DNA of 64,000 nucleotides from a bacterium (GTDB lineage Bacteria; Myxococcota_A; UBA9160; SZUA-336): NCBI GenBank assembly GCA_041498295.1, contig JBGQIB010000003.1, positions 2,220 to 66,219 of the forward strand, read 5' to 3'. Shown piece by piece: positions 41,384 to 51,184 of this stretch (position 1 is its first letter; each line of letters starts with the position of its first letter). The notes under the pieces were generated by a model. It saw only the letters and a program-made list of their open reading frames with translations, ran no database searches and was not told where the DNA came from. The position numbers and the translations under genes were made by a program.

Positions 41384-41548
41384 GTGGCGAAGATCTTCCG
41401 GTCCGGGCGCCTGCTGCGAGAGTTCATCGGCTTCGCGCGCGAGAATCGCGCGTACTGGATCATCCCCTTCGTCCTGATGCTCGGCCTCACGGCGTTCATC
41501 GTCGTCGCCACCCAGGGAGCCGCACCGCTCATCTACGCGCTGTTCTAG
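41384..41548 (+). CDS. DUF5989-family small membrane protein
   Basis: 54 aa: AKIFRSGRLLREFIGFARENRAYWIIPFVLMLGL...APLIYALF matches the DUF5989 consensus ending in FIYTLF-like residues. GTG start. Confidence 0.6.
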   Translation: MAKIFRSGRLLREFIGFARENRAYWIIPFVLMLGLTAFIVVATQGAAPLIYALF

Positions 41549-41560
41549 GCGGGGACGGAC

Positions 41561-42700
41561 GTGGCCCGGCGAGCCCTCCTCATCACGCTGTCGTTTCTCG
41601 TCTCCACGGCGTTCTGCGAAGGCCTCCTGCGACTGTTGTGGACGAATCCGTACCGCCACGAGCTCGCGGAGCGCGTGGTGCCGCTGCGCATGCATCACGG
41701 CCTGCGCGCGCTGCCGGTCGATCGCCACAACATTTTCCCCGACTCACCGACAGTTCTGCTGCGCACCGACAAGCGCTCGTACATCCTGCCGTCGCGGCGC
41801 TTCGAGAAGCCCGACGCGACGATCGTATTTCTCGGCGGATCGACGACGGAGTGCGCGGCGGTCGACGAGGAGCTCCGCTTCCCCGCGCTCGTCTCGAGGT
41901 TGCTCGAGGAGAAGGGCTTGCGCGTCGACACACTCAACGCCGGACTCTCGGGAAACACGACGCACGACGCGCTCAACCTGCTCCTCAATCACGTGAACGA
42001 AGATCGCCCCGACGTCGCGGTGCTCATGGAGGCCGCGAACGACGTCGGCGTGCTCTTGCAGGACGGTTCGTATCGCTCGCGCAGTGGTGGAGTGGTGAAT
42101 ACGGCGACGGCGCTGCGCTGGCCGCTGCAGCTCGCGTCGTCGAAGCTGTCGCTGGTCGGCGCGCTGCGCAGCTATCTGATGCTCGGAACGAGCCTGGAGC
42201 TCCCCGACGTGCACGATCCCGAGGCCCAGAAGGAGCTCCCGCCAGCGCCGCCCGAGGAGTACGTCAAGCGGCTGCGCGCGTTCGTGGCTCTGTGCCGCGC
42301 CTTCGGAATCGAGCCGGTGCTGATGACTCAGCCATCGGTCGCTACGCGCACGCCACTCACGCCGCGCTGGGTCACCGCGCGGAATCAGGCCACGTTCAAC
42401 GACGAGATGCGCCGCGTCGCGAAGGAGGAGGACGTGCTCCTGATCGACCTCGCGCGCCATCTGAAGGACGACGTCGCGGACTGGGAACAGCCGATGAAGG
42501 TCTTCTACGACGGTATCCACGTCACCGCGGAGGGCTCGCGCGTCTACGCCGAGTACATCACCCAGCGCCTGCTCGAGACCGCGCTGCGCGAGCGCGAGTC
42601 ACGGGCGCTGCGCGATCATGATGAAAAACCCGCCCTCGCGGCTCCCGCGCAGGACGGCGCCGGTCTCGGCGAGAAAGCACTCGACGGCGTTCCCCGGTAA
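41561..42700 (+). CDS. SGNH/GDSL-type hydrolase family protein
   Basis: VFLGGSTTE block I, GNTTHD block III and DGIHVT block V. N-terminal membrane anchor. Confidence 0.7.
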   Translation: MARRALLITLSFLVSTAFCEGLLRLLWTNPYRHELAERVVPLRMHHGLRALPVDRHNIFPDSPTVLLRTDKRSYILPSRRFEKPDATIVFLGGSTTECAAVDEELRFPALVSRLLEEKGLRVDTLNAGLSGNTTHDALNLLLNHVNEDRPDVAVLMEAANDVGVLLQDGSYRSRSGGVVNTATALRWPLQLASSKLSLVGALRSYLMLGTSLELPDVHDPEAQKELPPAPPEEYVKRLRAFVALCRAFGIEPVLMTQPSVATRTPLTPRWVTARNQATFNDEMRRVAKEEDVLLIDLARHLKDDVADWEQPMKVFYDGIHVTAEGSRVYAEYITQRLLETALRERESRALRDHDEKPALAAPAQDGAGLGEKALDGVPR

Positions 42701-43606
42701 CTCGGGCTCGAACAAGCTCTCGTGGGCGCCGAACGGCGCAAACGGCTTCGAGCGCGGGATGCTCTTCACGAAACGGAAGCCGATCTCGTCGATCCAGCCC
42801 AGCGTCTGACGGATCGTGTGCTTCGACTCGTGCGGATGCTTGTACTGATCCGCGAGCCACGCGCGCTTCTTCGCGTCGCTCTTCTTCGCATCGCGCAGGT
42901 TGGGATCGAGCGAGAGAAAGCGATCGCCCGAGAGGCGAAACAAGAGCCTGCGCGCGTCGGTGATCAGCCGCCCGTAGCGGTGATACAGGCCGACCAGCAG
43001 AAAGCCACCGGGCTTCACGAGCTGCGCGATCGTCTTGTAGGCGAGAAACGGATCCGACGTGTGGTGCAGCACACCGTTCGAGACGACCAGATCGAACGAG
43101 CGCTCCGCGAACGCCGGACGGAACAGATTCATCTGCACGAAGTGGACGTTCGCGAGTGAGTGGCGTCTCGCGAAGTCGCGCCCGAGGCCGAGCGAGTTCT
43201 CGCACAGGTCGCTCGCGAACACGGTGCGGTTCGAGATCGAGAGGAAGTTCGAGAGCTGACCCGTGCCGCAGCCGACCTCGAGCACGCGTGCGCGCGGCGG
43301 CACCTGCTCATCGAGCAAGCGCGCGAACACGCCCTGGCGCGCCTTCTCCGCCAGGCTGCCGATGCTGTCGAAGTCGTCGTAGTTCGGGAACGGTGTCTCT
43401 TCGTAGAACGCCTTCACGGTCTCGGTCACGTCACGCTGACCCGCGTTCCAGTCGTTGGGCCAGAAGAGCCGCGGCAAGCCGCCCTCGACCGCAAAGGTCT
43501 GGCCGCACGACTCGCACGCGAGCACTTCTCCCTGCAGCCCGAGGCCGCCCGCGAGGCAGCGCGGACAGCGAAGCAGCGACAGGTGCGGTTCCAGCGGGTG
43601 CGGCAT
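42599..43606 (-). CDS. class I SAM-dependent methyltransferase with an N-terminal Trm112-like zinc ribbon
   Basis: CPRC...CESCG ribbon; VLEVGCGTGQ SAM motif I. Confidence 0.85.
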   Translation of the reverse strand: MPHPLEPHLSLLRCPRCLAGGLGLQGEVLACESCGQTFAVEGGLPRLFWPNDWNAGQRDVTETVKAFYEETPFPNYDDFDSIGSLAEKARQGVFARLLDEQVPPRARVLEVGCGTGQLSNFLSISNRTVFASDLCENSLGLGRDFARRHSLANVHFVQMNLFRPAFAERSFDLVVSNGVLHHTSDPFLAYKTIAQLVKPGGFLLVGLYHRYGRLITDARRLLFRLSGDRFLSLDPNLRDAKKSDAKKRAWLADQYKHPHESKHTIRQTLGWIDEIGFRFVKSIPRSKPFAPFGAHESLFEPELPGNAVECFLAETGAVLRGSREGGFFIMIAQRP

Positions 43607-43625
43607 CGAGCGGGGATTCTAGCCC

Positions 43626-43639
43626 GTCGACCGGTCGAC
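43626..43639. promoter_or_regulatory. perfect 14-bp palindrome upstream of the methyltransferase gene
   Basis: GTCGACCGGTCGAC, 20-33 bp upstream of the start at 43606. Confidence 0.25.
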
Positions 43640-43691
43640 TAGCAGACGCGCAGGGGTAGGTTGTCGCCGCCTGCTTCTCGCAGTGACTCGC

Positions 43692-44276
43692 CTACTGAGT
43701 CCCCAGCCTGCCGCGCACGTGGCTCACGAGCGCATAGTCGATCCGCGGCAGGCCGTCGATCTCGAGCGCGAACGGCTCGTCGGGCGGCGGACACGTGCCG
43801 AAGCGCAGCTGCAGGTATTGCTTGTAGACGACCGAGATCGGCTTCATCGAGTTCGCCACGATCACTCTCCCCTTGCACGCCTGGCACGCGGCGATTCGCA
43901 CCTCCGTCGGGCGGTACTCGCGCGAGCCGACGAGGATGCGCGCCGAACCCGGCACGAACGTACCGCCCTGCGCCTTCGCCTCGAGCGCGAGCTGGACCTC
44001 CACGCGCAGCTCCGACTTCGGGACGTATCCCATCCACCTCCAAGGGCCGATCGGAATGATCGGAACGAGGAGGCCGACGAGGCCCCAATCTGGGTCGAAC
44101 CCTTCGAGGGCGACGTCAACGGAGTAGTCCGGCAAGTCCACGCCCGCGTGCGAGTCGCTGCGCGGCTCGACTCCCGCGCCCGACGCCTCGGGATACGCGC
44201 CGAAGGAGACGCCGACGCACGCGCTGAGCCCGAGCGCGAGGCTTGCGACGAGGGAGGTGCGCGCGTCGGATCTCAC
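43692..44276 (-). CDS. hypothetical lipoprotein
   Basis: LGLSAC lipobox; 194 aa. Confidence 0.6.
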   Translation of the reverse strand: MRSDARTSLVASLALGLSACVGVSFGAYPEASGAGVEPRSDSHAGVDLPDYSVDVALEGFDPDWGLVGLLVPIIPIGPWRWMGYVPKSELRVEVQLALEAKAQGGTFVPGSARILVGSREYRPTEVRIAACQACKGRVIVANSMKPISVVYKQYLQLRFGTCPPPDEPFALEIDGLPRIDYALVSHVRGRLGTQ

Positions 44277-44466
44277 GCCCCCATCCTCGGGCTCCGTACG
44301 GCTTCCTTCAACTCGCGCCTTGCCGCGCGCGCGTCGCTTCGTGTGGGCTCGCGCGCGATGCTCGGTCTAGTGACTTCGTCGCTGCGCTTCTGGTGGCCGC
44401 CTTCCTAGGGCGGCCCGACTGAGCTCGACTCACCCGCGGCCGCCCCTCCGGGCGATCGATCGCGTT

Positions 44467-45099
44467 TTGGCTTCGCGCGCACTCCCGGTCGGGGCGCCGC
44501 CGTGTGAACTGGCTGTTTGCCGACACGGTCCGCGGCGCCCGCGCGGCACACACTCGTCGAAGGCCAGCCGCGCGCGGCAAGGGCTCGCGTTCATCCAGGA
44601 TCTCTACCAGATCGAGCGCACGCTCGCAGCCGCAATGCGCGACGAGCGTCACCGCGTAAGACAAGAGCGCTCGCGGCCGGTGATCGGGGCGCTGCGCAGC
44701 TGGCTCGATCGCGTGATTGGCGAGGTGCCGCCGCAGAGTCTGACGGGCAAGGCACTCGGGTATCTCGTGAGTCAGTGGTCAAAGCTGGTGCGGGTGCTGG
44801 ACGATGGCCGCCTCCCGCTCGACACGAACGCCGTCGAGAACGCGATTCGCCCGTTCGTGGTGGGCCGGAAGAACTGGCTGTTCGCCGACACGGTCCGCGG
44901 CGCCCGCGCGAGCGCGAACCTCTACAGTCTGATCGAGACGGCCAAGGCGAACAGGCTCGAGCCGTTCGCGTATCTGCGCTACATCGCCGAGCACTTGCCG
45001 CGCGCGAGCTCGAACGACCAGCTCGAGACACTCCTGCCGCATCGCTTCGATCGCGCGCTACTCCTAGACCCCAAGGCTCTGACCCCCGCCTGCGCCTGA
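44467..45099 (+). pseudogene. IS66-family transposase (TnpC) C-terminal remnant, rearranged
   Basis: LYQIER, PLDTNAVENAIRPFVVGRKNWLFADTVRGA and NLYSLIETAKAN are IS66 TnpC hallmarks. The N-terminal two thirds and orf1/orf2 are absent. Frame breaks near 44550-44580. Confidence 0.8.
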
Positions 45100-45130
45100 C
45101 CCGCAGACGATGGGATCATTGAGCGCTTAC
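44506..45130 (+). mobile_element. truncated IS66-family element with its right terminal repeat
   Basis: Ends in GAGCGCTTAC (reverse complement GTAAGCGCTC; IS66 ends start GTAA). A 40-bp internal direct repeat (44506-44545 vs 44871-44910, 1 mismatch) shows two partial copies joined. Confidence 0.7.
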
Positions 45131-45142
45131 CTTTGATTCACT

Positions 45143-45502
45143 CTAGACGACGACCATCCTGTCGGCGATCTTTATTTGATATGACTCGTAGGGGCCGTCC
45201 GATATGAGGAGTCTCAACGTATCGCCGTTAGAGAATCGAAGAGTGAGATTGGCAACCTCATCAGCTCGCACGCCTACGATCTCGTTCGAGATAAGACATG
45301 GCAGGTTCGAGTGAGAGACTGGAAACTCGACTGGTTCGCTTGTGTCTGCGTCGCCGTGTCGTCGGTGAGTGTAGGGCCCTTCGACTCTGATCACGATATG
45401 CGCGTCGAGATGAAGACTAACCGAGTGCGCGACGAAACAGACCATCTCGACTTGCCTGCCAACGAGAACCTCTAGGTCGAGGTCAGTAGGTATTCGCTTC
45501 AT
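45143..45502 (-). CDS. small soluble protein immediately downstream of the Rhs gene; candidate immunity protein
   Basis: 119 aa from the ATG at 45502. About 52% G+C in a hand-counted sample, versus about 70% background. Position typical of Rhs immunity genes. Confidence 0.5.
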   Translation of the reverse strand: MKRIPTDLDLEVLVGRQVEMVCFVAHSVSLHLDAHIVIRVEGPYTHRRHGDADTSEPVEFPVSHSNLPCLISNEIVGVRADEVANLTLRFSNGDTLRLLISDGPYESYQIKIADRMVVV

Positions 45503-45673
45503 TTGCTGTTTTCTACTTTGACGTCTTCGGGGGCAACGGCACGTGAGTCTCCCACTGGGGACCCGGCTTTCCGGTCGATGGATTGATGCCCTGCCAGCCC
45601 CCATTGTCCATTGGTTTCTCAAGTCTCCAATAGCCGTCGGGGTAGTCACTAGTCGGTGGCATCACTCTGAGTG

Positions 45674-48600
45674 TTAGGCCATCTGGAATTCCGTTGGCAC
45701 ATCCTGGGGAGAATTCGTCAGGGTCCGGAAGTTCGGGGACTGCCCTGGGGGCGCCTTAGACGGGATCGGACACTTGGACCGCGCATAGGCTCGCAATCCA
45801 TAGCCCGCTCCTAGGGATCCCAGCAGGCCTCCGGTTAGGCCAGCCGCAATGTCATAGCGCTCTTCGTCGGTGAGCTGGCGCCCCGAATAGGGATCCTCCC
45901 CGAGCAGTAGTCGCTGGGCTTCTATCGTTAGCTGGTACGAACCGACGCCGACGGCGGCGACCGCGAGCGCCGCACCCTCGGCAGTACCCGAGGCAACCGC
46001 CGCAGAGACTGCGACCGTTGTAGCGGCCCCCACTGCAGCAGAAACAACAAAGCTCTCAGCAGCAGACGACCAAGATTCACCCGAAGGATCCAATAGGTTT
46101 GTCGGATTCCCCCGAGCGTAGGCGTAGAGACCAATCGCCCCGCCGTCCTGTCCGAGAGGGTCGGTCGAGGCAAACGACCCTAGAGCTGGATCAAAGAACC
46201 TCGCCAGGTTGTAGTGGAGGCCGGACTCGCTGTCCGCGTACTGCCCTGGCAACCGCATCGGCAAGCTAGTGACCACTGAATTGGAGTCGGGGTCTTCATC
46301 GACATACGCACGCCCGAAGGCTTCGTAGGTTGCCCGCCAGACAACGGAACCGGTGAAGGTTGTGACGATTCGTGGCGCGTCGAGTCGGTCGTCCTGGAGG
46401 TTCCCGCCAGTTTCGGTAGCAAGGGTCGGGCCCACACGTATGCTTGCGGGAGTCCAGCCTCCCAGATAGGCGTACCGTCGGTCGCGAGTCCCTATCCCGC
46501 CGAACTCGGCAGAGAGCTGGCGACCGTTCCAAAGGAACGACGTTGTGATCCCGGGAACCGTCTTTCGAATTCGTCTGCCGAACGGGTCGTAGGTGTAGGT
46601 CGCGCCAGTACCTCCGGCGGATCGAGCAGAGAGACGGTTGTCCAGATCCCAGGAAAAGCTTGCGATCACGGGCTGATTGGGGTCGCGCACGGCAAGGCTT
46701 CCATCGTCGTCGTAGTCATACGTATGCCCCGGGCTCGCGCGCATGCGGTGATTCGTGTCGTGCGCGTAACCGGTCATCGTTCGGTCTCCCACCCCGTCGT
46801 ACGTGAAGTTCTCCACATCCGGCAGTGAGTCGAGTGGAGGTGGCATTACCGGGTGATCGGCCTGGGTCAGTCGATCGAGCGCGTCGTACTGGTACGTGGT
46901 CTGCCGACTGGCTCCATCCGTCATCGTCGCCACGTTCAGCACGTCCGTGTACGTGTACGTCCACTTCTCGATCAACGGCGTCCCCGCCGGTGGCTTGATC
47001 CGGATCTCACTCACCGGGCCGCGCACGTCGTAGTCGACCTCGCGTCGCACCCCGCCCGGGTAGTCGATCGACTTCACCCCGTCGTGCGGCCAGCGCGCGA
47101 TCACCAGCGCCGTGCTCTCGCCCGGAAACAGCGCCGTCGCGATCCGACCCGAGTCCGCCGCGTACGTGTACACGTGCGCGAGGACCTCGTTCGGCTCGTT
47201 TAACGTGAAGGTCGTGAGATCGCCGTGCGCGTCGTACGCGTAGTCGAGCCTTCGATCTCCCCCGGGGATGTACTTCGCGAAGGTCTTCGTCGTCCGACCG
47301 AGCTTGTCGACTTCGTAGGTGTACAGCGCCCCCCCCTGGATCGAGTCGTCCGTCACCGAGGTGAGATCCCCGGCGCGGTTGCGCACGTACGTGATCGTCT
47401 TCAGCGGAGTCGCGTCACTCGACTTCGCAAAGTGCTTCGCGAGCTGGAGCGGCCCCCAGGTCTCGTACGTGTAGCGGATCTCGGGGTGCTCGGAGCTTCC
47501 CCCCACCGAGCTGCGGGCCAGAATCTTCTTCGCTAGGCGGTCGCGCGGGTCCCACTGGTACTGCACGATCTGACCGAGAGGCTGTGTCACCGCGACCAGA
47601 CGCGAGAGGCCATCGTAGCCGTATGTGGTGGTGCTGTTCTCTGGGTCCTTCACGCTCGTGACGTCGCCTGCCGCGTCGTAGCCGAGCTGAGTCAGGCCGT
47701 TGATGGCATTGGTCTCTTGGACCATGCGGTCGAGCGCGTCGTAGGTCCACTGCGTGATGTGACTCAGCGCGTCGGTGCGCTTGGCGAGGTTGCCGCGCTC
47801 GTCGTACTCAAAGAGGGTCGCCTTGCTGAGCGGATCCTCGATGCGTCTCACGCGGCCGAGCAGGTCGTAGAAGAGCTTCGTGTGGCGCGCGACCAGCGTG
47901 CCTGGGGGGTTCTCGCTGAAGTCCTCGGCCCAGAGCCGGTTCGACTCGGAGTCGTAGCCGAAGCGGCGGAAGAGCGGGTACGCGCCGCAGGTCGTGGCGT
48001 AGTCGGTGCAGCGGTCGACTTCGAGGAGCCGGCCGCGGGGGTCGTAGACGAGCTTCTGGCGCCGACCGTGAACGGTGGTGCTGGCGCCGGTCTCGAGCAG
48101 GGTCAAGAGCTCCCCCGGAGCGGTGCCGTCCGGGCCAGTATAGGTGGCGTTCGTGAGATCGCCGAGCGCGTCCGTGAGCTGCGCGACGCGGCCGAGATCG
48201 TCGCGCAGATACTGCGTCACGGCATCGCCCTGCACGATGTCGACGGGTCGAGTCACCGACGCGACGAAGCCCGACTTGTCGTAGGCGTAGTTCGTCTTCA
48301 TCTCGGCGATCGGCACGCCGCCCGGCTGATGGTGGATCTCGTAGAGACGCCCGTTCTGCGCGATCGCGAGGAAGTCGGCCTGCGTCGTCGGGTTGGCGGG
48401 CGGGACGGTCAGCGTGTAGTACGCAAGCCCGATCTGATGCCCGTCGGGGAGCGTGATCGTCTCGAGCTCGAAGTTCGGGCCGGTGCCGTACGCGAGCTGC
48501 GTGTCGAGATAGTTCGCAGCGTCGACGAAGCGCCGAATGCGGGTGACTGCGGCCGGGGAGCAGCTCGAGTTCCCGCAAGGGCGCAGGAAGTCGTACTCGG

Positions 48601-50077
48601 TGCGGAAGTGTTTCGCCGGGTCTCTCGACGCGTAGCTGTCTTCGACCGAGACCCAGGTCTGATTCGCGGCAAGCCCGGCCGGGTCGTAGGTGTAGGTCGT
48701 GACGGTCTCGTCGCTGGTCGCCTCGACGACTTCGCGCTGGGTCACGTTCCCGAGCGTATCGCGCGCGGTGCGGATCGTGCGCGTGAGGACGTAGCTCCCC
48801 GCCTGCTTGCGGTACGTGCGCTCGACGAGCGCGGCGTTGGTGCCGAGATCGCGCTCGGTCGTGGTCATCGTCTCGAGCGTGGCGTCGCCGAGCGCGTGGA
48901 TCTCCTTCGTCGGGATGCCGTCCGAGTTGAACTCGTAGCGCGTCGCCGTCGTGTAAGGGTTCCCCCCAGCGTCATCGACGATCGTGGTCGTCAGCGTGCG
49001 CGTCGTCGGGAGAGTGATCGTGGGGTCGTAGTCGATCGAGATGGATCGCGTTCCCTCCGTCTCGGTCACGACCCGGTCGGGCACGGTTGCGTCGTAGGTG
49101 CGCACGACGGCTTGAGTGCCAGCGCCTTCAGTGCTCGACTTCAGGTTGTGCCGATCGCCGCCCTCGCCATTCAGCGTGTACGTGTAGGTCGCATGAATCG
49201 TGTTCGTCGCATCCACCGAGCGGAACACGTCGGTGAGGTTCCCGTCCGCGTCCTGCGCGTACGTGACGTAGCGCCCGTCATAGGTGTCGACACGCGTAAG
49301 ACGGCCCGTTGTCGCCGAGTAAGTGAGCTTCAGCTTCCGACCCGTGGGCTGCCAGGTCGCTGTCCCGCTCTTCAACACCTCCTCGATCGATAGGAGCTGG
49401 TATTCGTAGGCGACGGTGAGCGGTGTCGCTGTGTTGCTCGCGAACGGCGAGGTCCCGGTCAGCGGGAGCTTTGTCGCCGTGTATGTGAACACCAGGCGGT
49501 GGCCCCGTGGACTCTCGAGATAGGACACGCGGCCGTCGTCGGTGTTCAGGAAGACGGCCTTCGTGCCGGAGCGATACTGGAGCGTGAAGGTGCCGTTCGA
49601 TTCCGAGAGGCTGGCGCCGCCCGGCACGCTCGTGTCGAAGGGCTGATACGCGCCACCCGTCAGCACGAAGCGATTCCGCATACCGCAAAGGCCGCGAATG
49701 GTGACTGCATTGTCCTTGTGCCGGAAGAGACGCAGATCGTAGTTCGACGACCACCCATAGCCCAGCGAGCTGTCGTACTCGGAGAGACTGTCGTACGCGC
49801 GCCGGAACGAGATCGGATAGATCCCTGAAATTTCGAGGTCGGTGCGCTCGTACCACTCATTCCCCGTCAAGAGATCGATGCTGCCTGCTGCCTTCACCTC
49901 GTACGGCGTGCAACATTGATCGCCGGGACATGGATGCGCGGGCTTCTTGGCCTCGGGCGGTGCGCCCGTCGAGTTGGCCTGAAACTCACTCTCGTTGTCC
50001 GCGCGCGCCGGGGCGAGCGGCCAGAGACTCGCCGCCAGGAGGGCGAGCCAAAGAACGGCGGATGTCTTCGTCTTCAT
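45674..50077 (-). CDS. Rhs/YD-repeat protein with a Sec signal peptide and a variable C-terminal tip
   Basis: [26 protein letters not shown] signal; dozens of YxYDxxGxL YD repeats; core-end motif [42 protein letters not shown] followed by an about 130-aa tip. Confidence 0.9.
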   Translation of the reverse strand: MKTKTSAVLWLALLAASLWPLAPARADNESEFQANSTGAPPEAKKPAHPCPGDQCCTPYEVKAAGSIDLLTGNEWYERTDLEISGIYPISFRRAYDSLSEYDSSLGYGWSSNYDLRLFRHKDNAVTIRGLCGMRNRFVLTGGAYQPFDTSVPGGASLSESNGTFTLQYRSGTKAVFLNTDDGRVSYLESPRGHRLVFTYTATKLPLTGTSPFASNTATPLTVAYEYQLLSIEEVLKSGTATWQPTGRKLKLTYSATTGRLTRVDTYDGRYVTYAQDADGNLTDVFRSVDATNTIHATYTYTLNGEGGDRHNLKSSTEGAGTQAVVRTYDATVPDRVVTETEGTRSISIDYDPTITLPTTRTLTTTIVDDAGGNPYTTATRYEFNSDGIPTKEIHALGDATLETMTTTERDLGTNAALVERTYRKQAGSYVLTRTIRTARDTLGNVTQREVVEATSDETVTTYTYDPAGLAANQTWVSVEDSYASRDPAKHFRTEYDFLRPCGNSSCSPAAVTRIRRFVDAANYLDTQLAYGTGPNFELETITLPDGHQIGLAYYTLTVPPANPTTQADFLAIAQNGRLYEIHHQPGGVPIAEMKTNYAYDKSGFVASVTRPVDIVQGDAVTQYLRDDLGRVAQLTDALGDLTNATYTGPDGTAPGELLTLLETGASTTVHGRRQKLVYDPRGRLLEVDRCTDYATTCGAYPLFRRFGYDSESNRLWAEDFSENPPGTLVARHTKLFYDLLGRVRRIEDPLSKATLFEYDERGNLAKRTDALSHITQWTYDALDRMVQETNAINGLTQLGYDAAGDVTSVKDPENSTTTYGYDGLSRLVAVTQPLGQIVQYQWDPRDRLAKKILARSSVGGSSEHPEIRYTYETWGPLQLAKHFAKSSDATPLKTITYVRNRAGDLTSVTDDSIQGGALYTYEVDKLGRTTKTFAKYIPGGDRRLDYAYDAHGDLTTFTLNEPNEVLAHVYTYAADSGRIATALFPGESTALVIARWPHDGVKSIDYPGGVRREVDYDVRGPVSEIRIKPPAGTPLIEKWTYTYTDVLNVATMTDGASRQTTYQYDALDRLTQADHPVMPPPLDSLPDVENFTYDGVGDRTMTGYAHDTNHRMRASPGHTYDYDDDGSLAVRDPNQPVIASFSWDLDNRLSARSAGGTGATYTYDPFGRRIRKTVPGITTSFLWNGRQLSAEFGGIGTRDRRYAYLGGWTPASIRVGPTLATETGGNLQDDRLDAPRIVTTFTGSVVWRATYEAFGRAYVDEDPDSNSVVTSLPMRLPGQYADSESGLHYNLARFFDPALGSFASTDPLGQDGGAIGLYAYARGNPTNLLDPSGESWSSAAESFVVSAAVGAATTVAVSAAVASGTAEGAALAVAAVGVGSYQLTIEAQRLLLGEDPYSGRQLTDEERYDIAAGLTGGLLGSLGAGYGLRAYARSKCPIPSKAPPGQSPNFRTLTNSPQDVPTEFQMA

Positions 50078-50088
50078 CGCAGCAATCC

Positions 50089-50481
50089 TCACTTCGGCGC
50101 CACGCGTACGGCGATCGTGGTGGCACCGAATTGGCCGGCGTAGCCCCAGACGTTTCCGGTCACGTAGTGAATGCCTTCGTTCACGGCGCCGGCATCCCAG
50201 ACCCAGGTCATGGGGAGGAAGCCGACCTCGTTCTCGAACATGTATTTCCCGTCGAGGAAGAACCCGACCTCGAAGCGCTGCTCGAGGAGGCGTGCGCGAT
50301 CATCGGGATCCACGTCGAGCTGGATCGCGACCTTCCCCGCGGCAATCGGCAGCGCCTTCGGGTCGCGCGCGACGCCGTCGGGGATCGAGAGCCGGACCTG
50401 CACGTCGCCGCGTCGCCCGATCGGCTGCTGGTCCAGCGCGCGCTCGCGCGGCACCGAGTCGCGCTTCTTCACGCGCTTCAC
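50089..50481 (-). CDS. hypothetical beta-sandwich-like protein upstream of Rhs
   Basis: 130-aa ORF, 11 nt upstream of the Rhs ATG and 1 nt downstream of the preceding gene. Confidence 0.55.
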   Translation of the reverse strand: MKRVKKRDSVPRERALDQQPIGRRGDVQVRLSIPDGVARDPKALPIAAGKVAIQLDVDPDDRARLLEQRFEVGFFLDGKYMFENEVGFLPMTWVWDAGAVNEGIHYVTGNVWGYAGQFGATTIAVRVAPK

Positions 50482-50482
50482 C

Positions 50483-51184
50483 TCAGGCCCGGCGAGCGTC
50501 GCGATCAGTTCGACCTTCGGGGTCGGGCAGGACGACGATGGCGTTCTTCGAGAGAGACCACGCCTGCGCGCTCAGCTGTAAGTCGGGATTCTTGGCGGCG
50601 TCGATGAGCCCCGACTCGTCCTTCCCGTCCCACGGCTCGGCGTGCGGCCCGGCGGCGCGCGCGACTCCATCGATCACGGTCTTGAGCAGCGGCCCGTTCG
50701 CGAGTCCCGTGCGGATCTTGAGGCGCGCGGGAGCGGCGAGCTCGTAGCGAACGAGGTGCTTCGCAGAGTCCCAGCGCACGGTCGGTGGCGCGATTTCTTC
50801 GTTCCCGGATAGGTCGGTGAGATCGTGCTCGACCGGGGCACCGCCGCCGGGGGTCGCGGTGAGCGTATACACGTAGGCTTCCGGCGGCACCGGTTGGCCC
50901 TTTGCGTCGCGCCCATCCCAGGAGAGCCTCTGGTCTCCCGCGGCGAGTATCTTGGCGGAGGGGATTCCGCGGACCATGAGATCGCGGCCGTCGAAGATGC
51001 GCAGCGTTACGCGCGCGGGCTCGGAGATGCGGAAGCGGATCTCGACCGATTGCCTCTTCGTGGAGTCGATAGCCGCGGGCGCGTGCGACACGTTCGTGAT
51101 TTCGAGGGCGGCGTGGCCCGGTGCGGCGAAGCCAAGCGCGAGCGCAGAGGCGGCAAAAGCGATGGCGCGGAGTCGGACGGTCAC
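50483..51184 (-). CDS. secreted FlgD-Ig-like domain protein
   Basis: Signal peptide; VTLRIFDGRDLMVR...LSWDGRDAKGQPVPPEAYVY matches the FlgD Ig-like pattern. Confidence 0.6.
   Translation of the reverse strand: MTVRLRAIAFAASALALGFAAPGHAALEITNVSHAPAAIDSTKRQSVEIRFRISEPARVTLRIFDGRDLMVRGIPSAKILAAGDQRLSWDGRDAKGQPVPPEAYVYTLTATPGGGAPVEHDLTDLSGNEEIAPPTVRWDSAKHLVRYELAAPARLKIRTGLANGPLLKTVIDGVARAAGPHAEPWDGKDESGLIDAAKNPDLQLSAQAWSLSKNAIVVLPDPEGRTDRDARRA

Noticed and set aside
42599-42700. 102-bp convergent overlap of the SGNH hydrolase and methyltransferase ORFs, considered as evidence of a mis-called gene.
   Set aside because: Both ORFs carry clear family motifs up to near their ends. The overlap is kept as an observation, but neither call is dropped.
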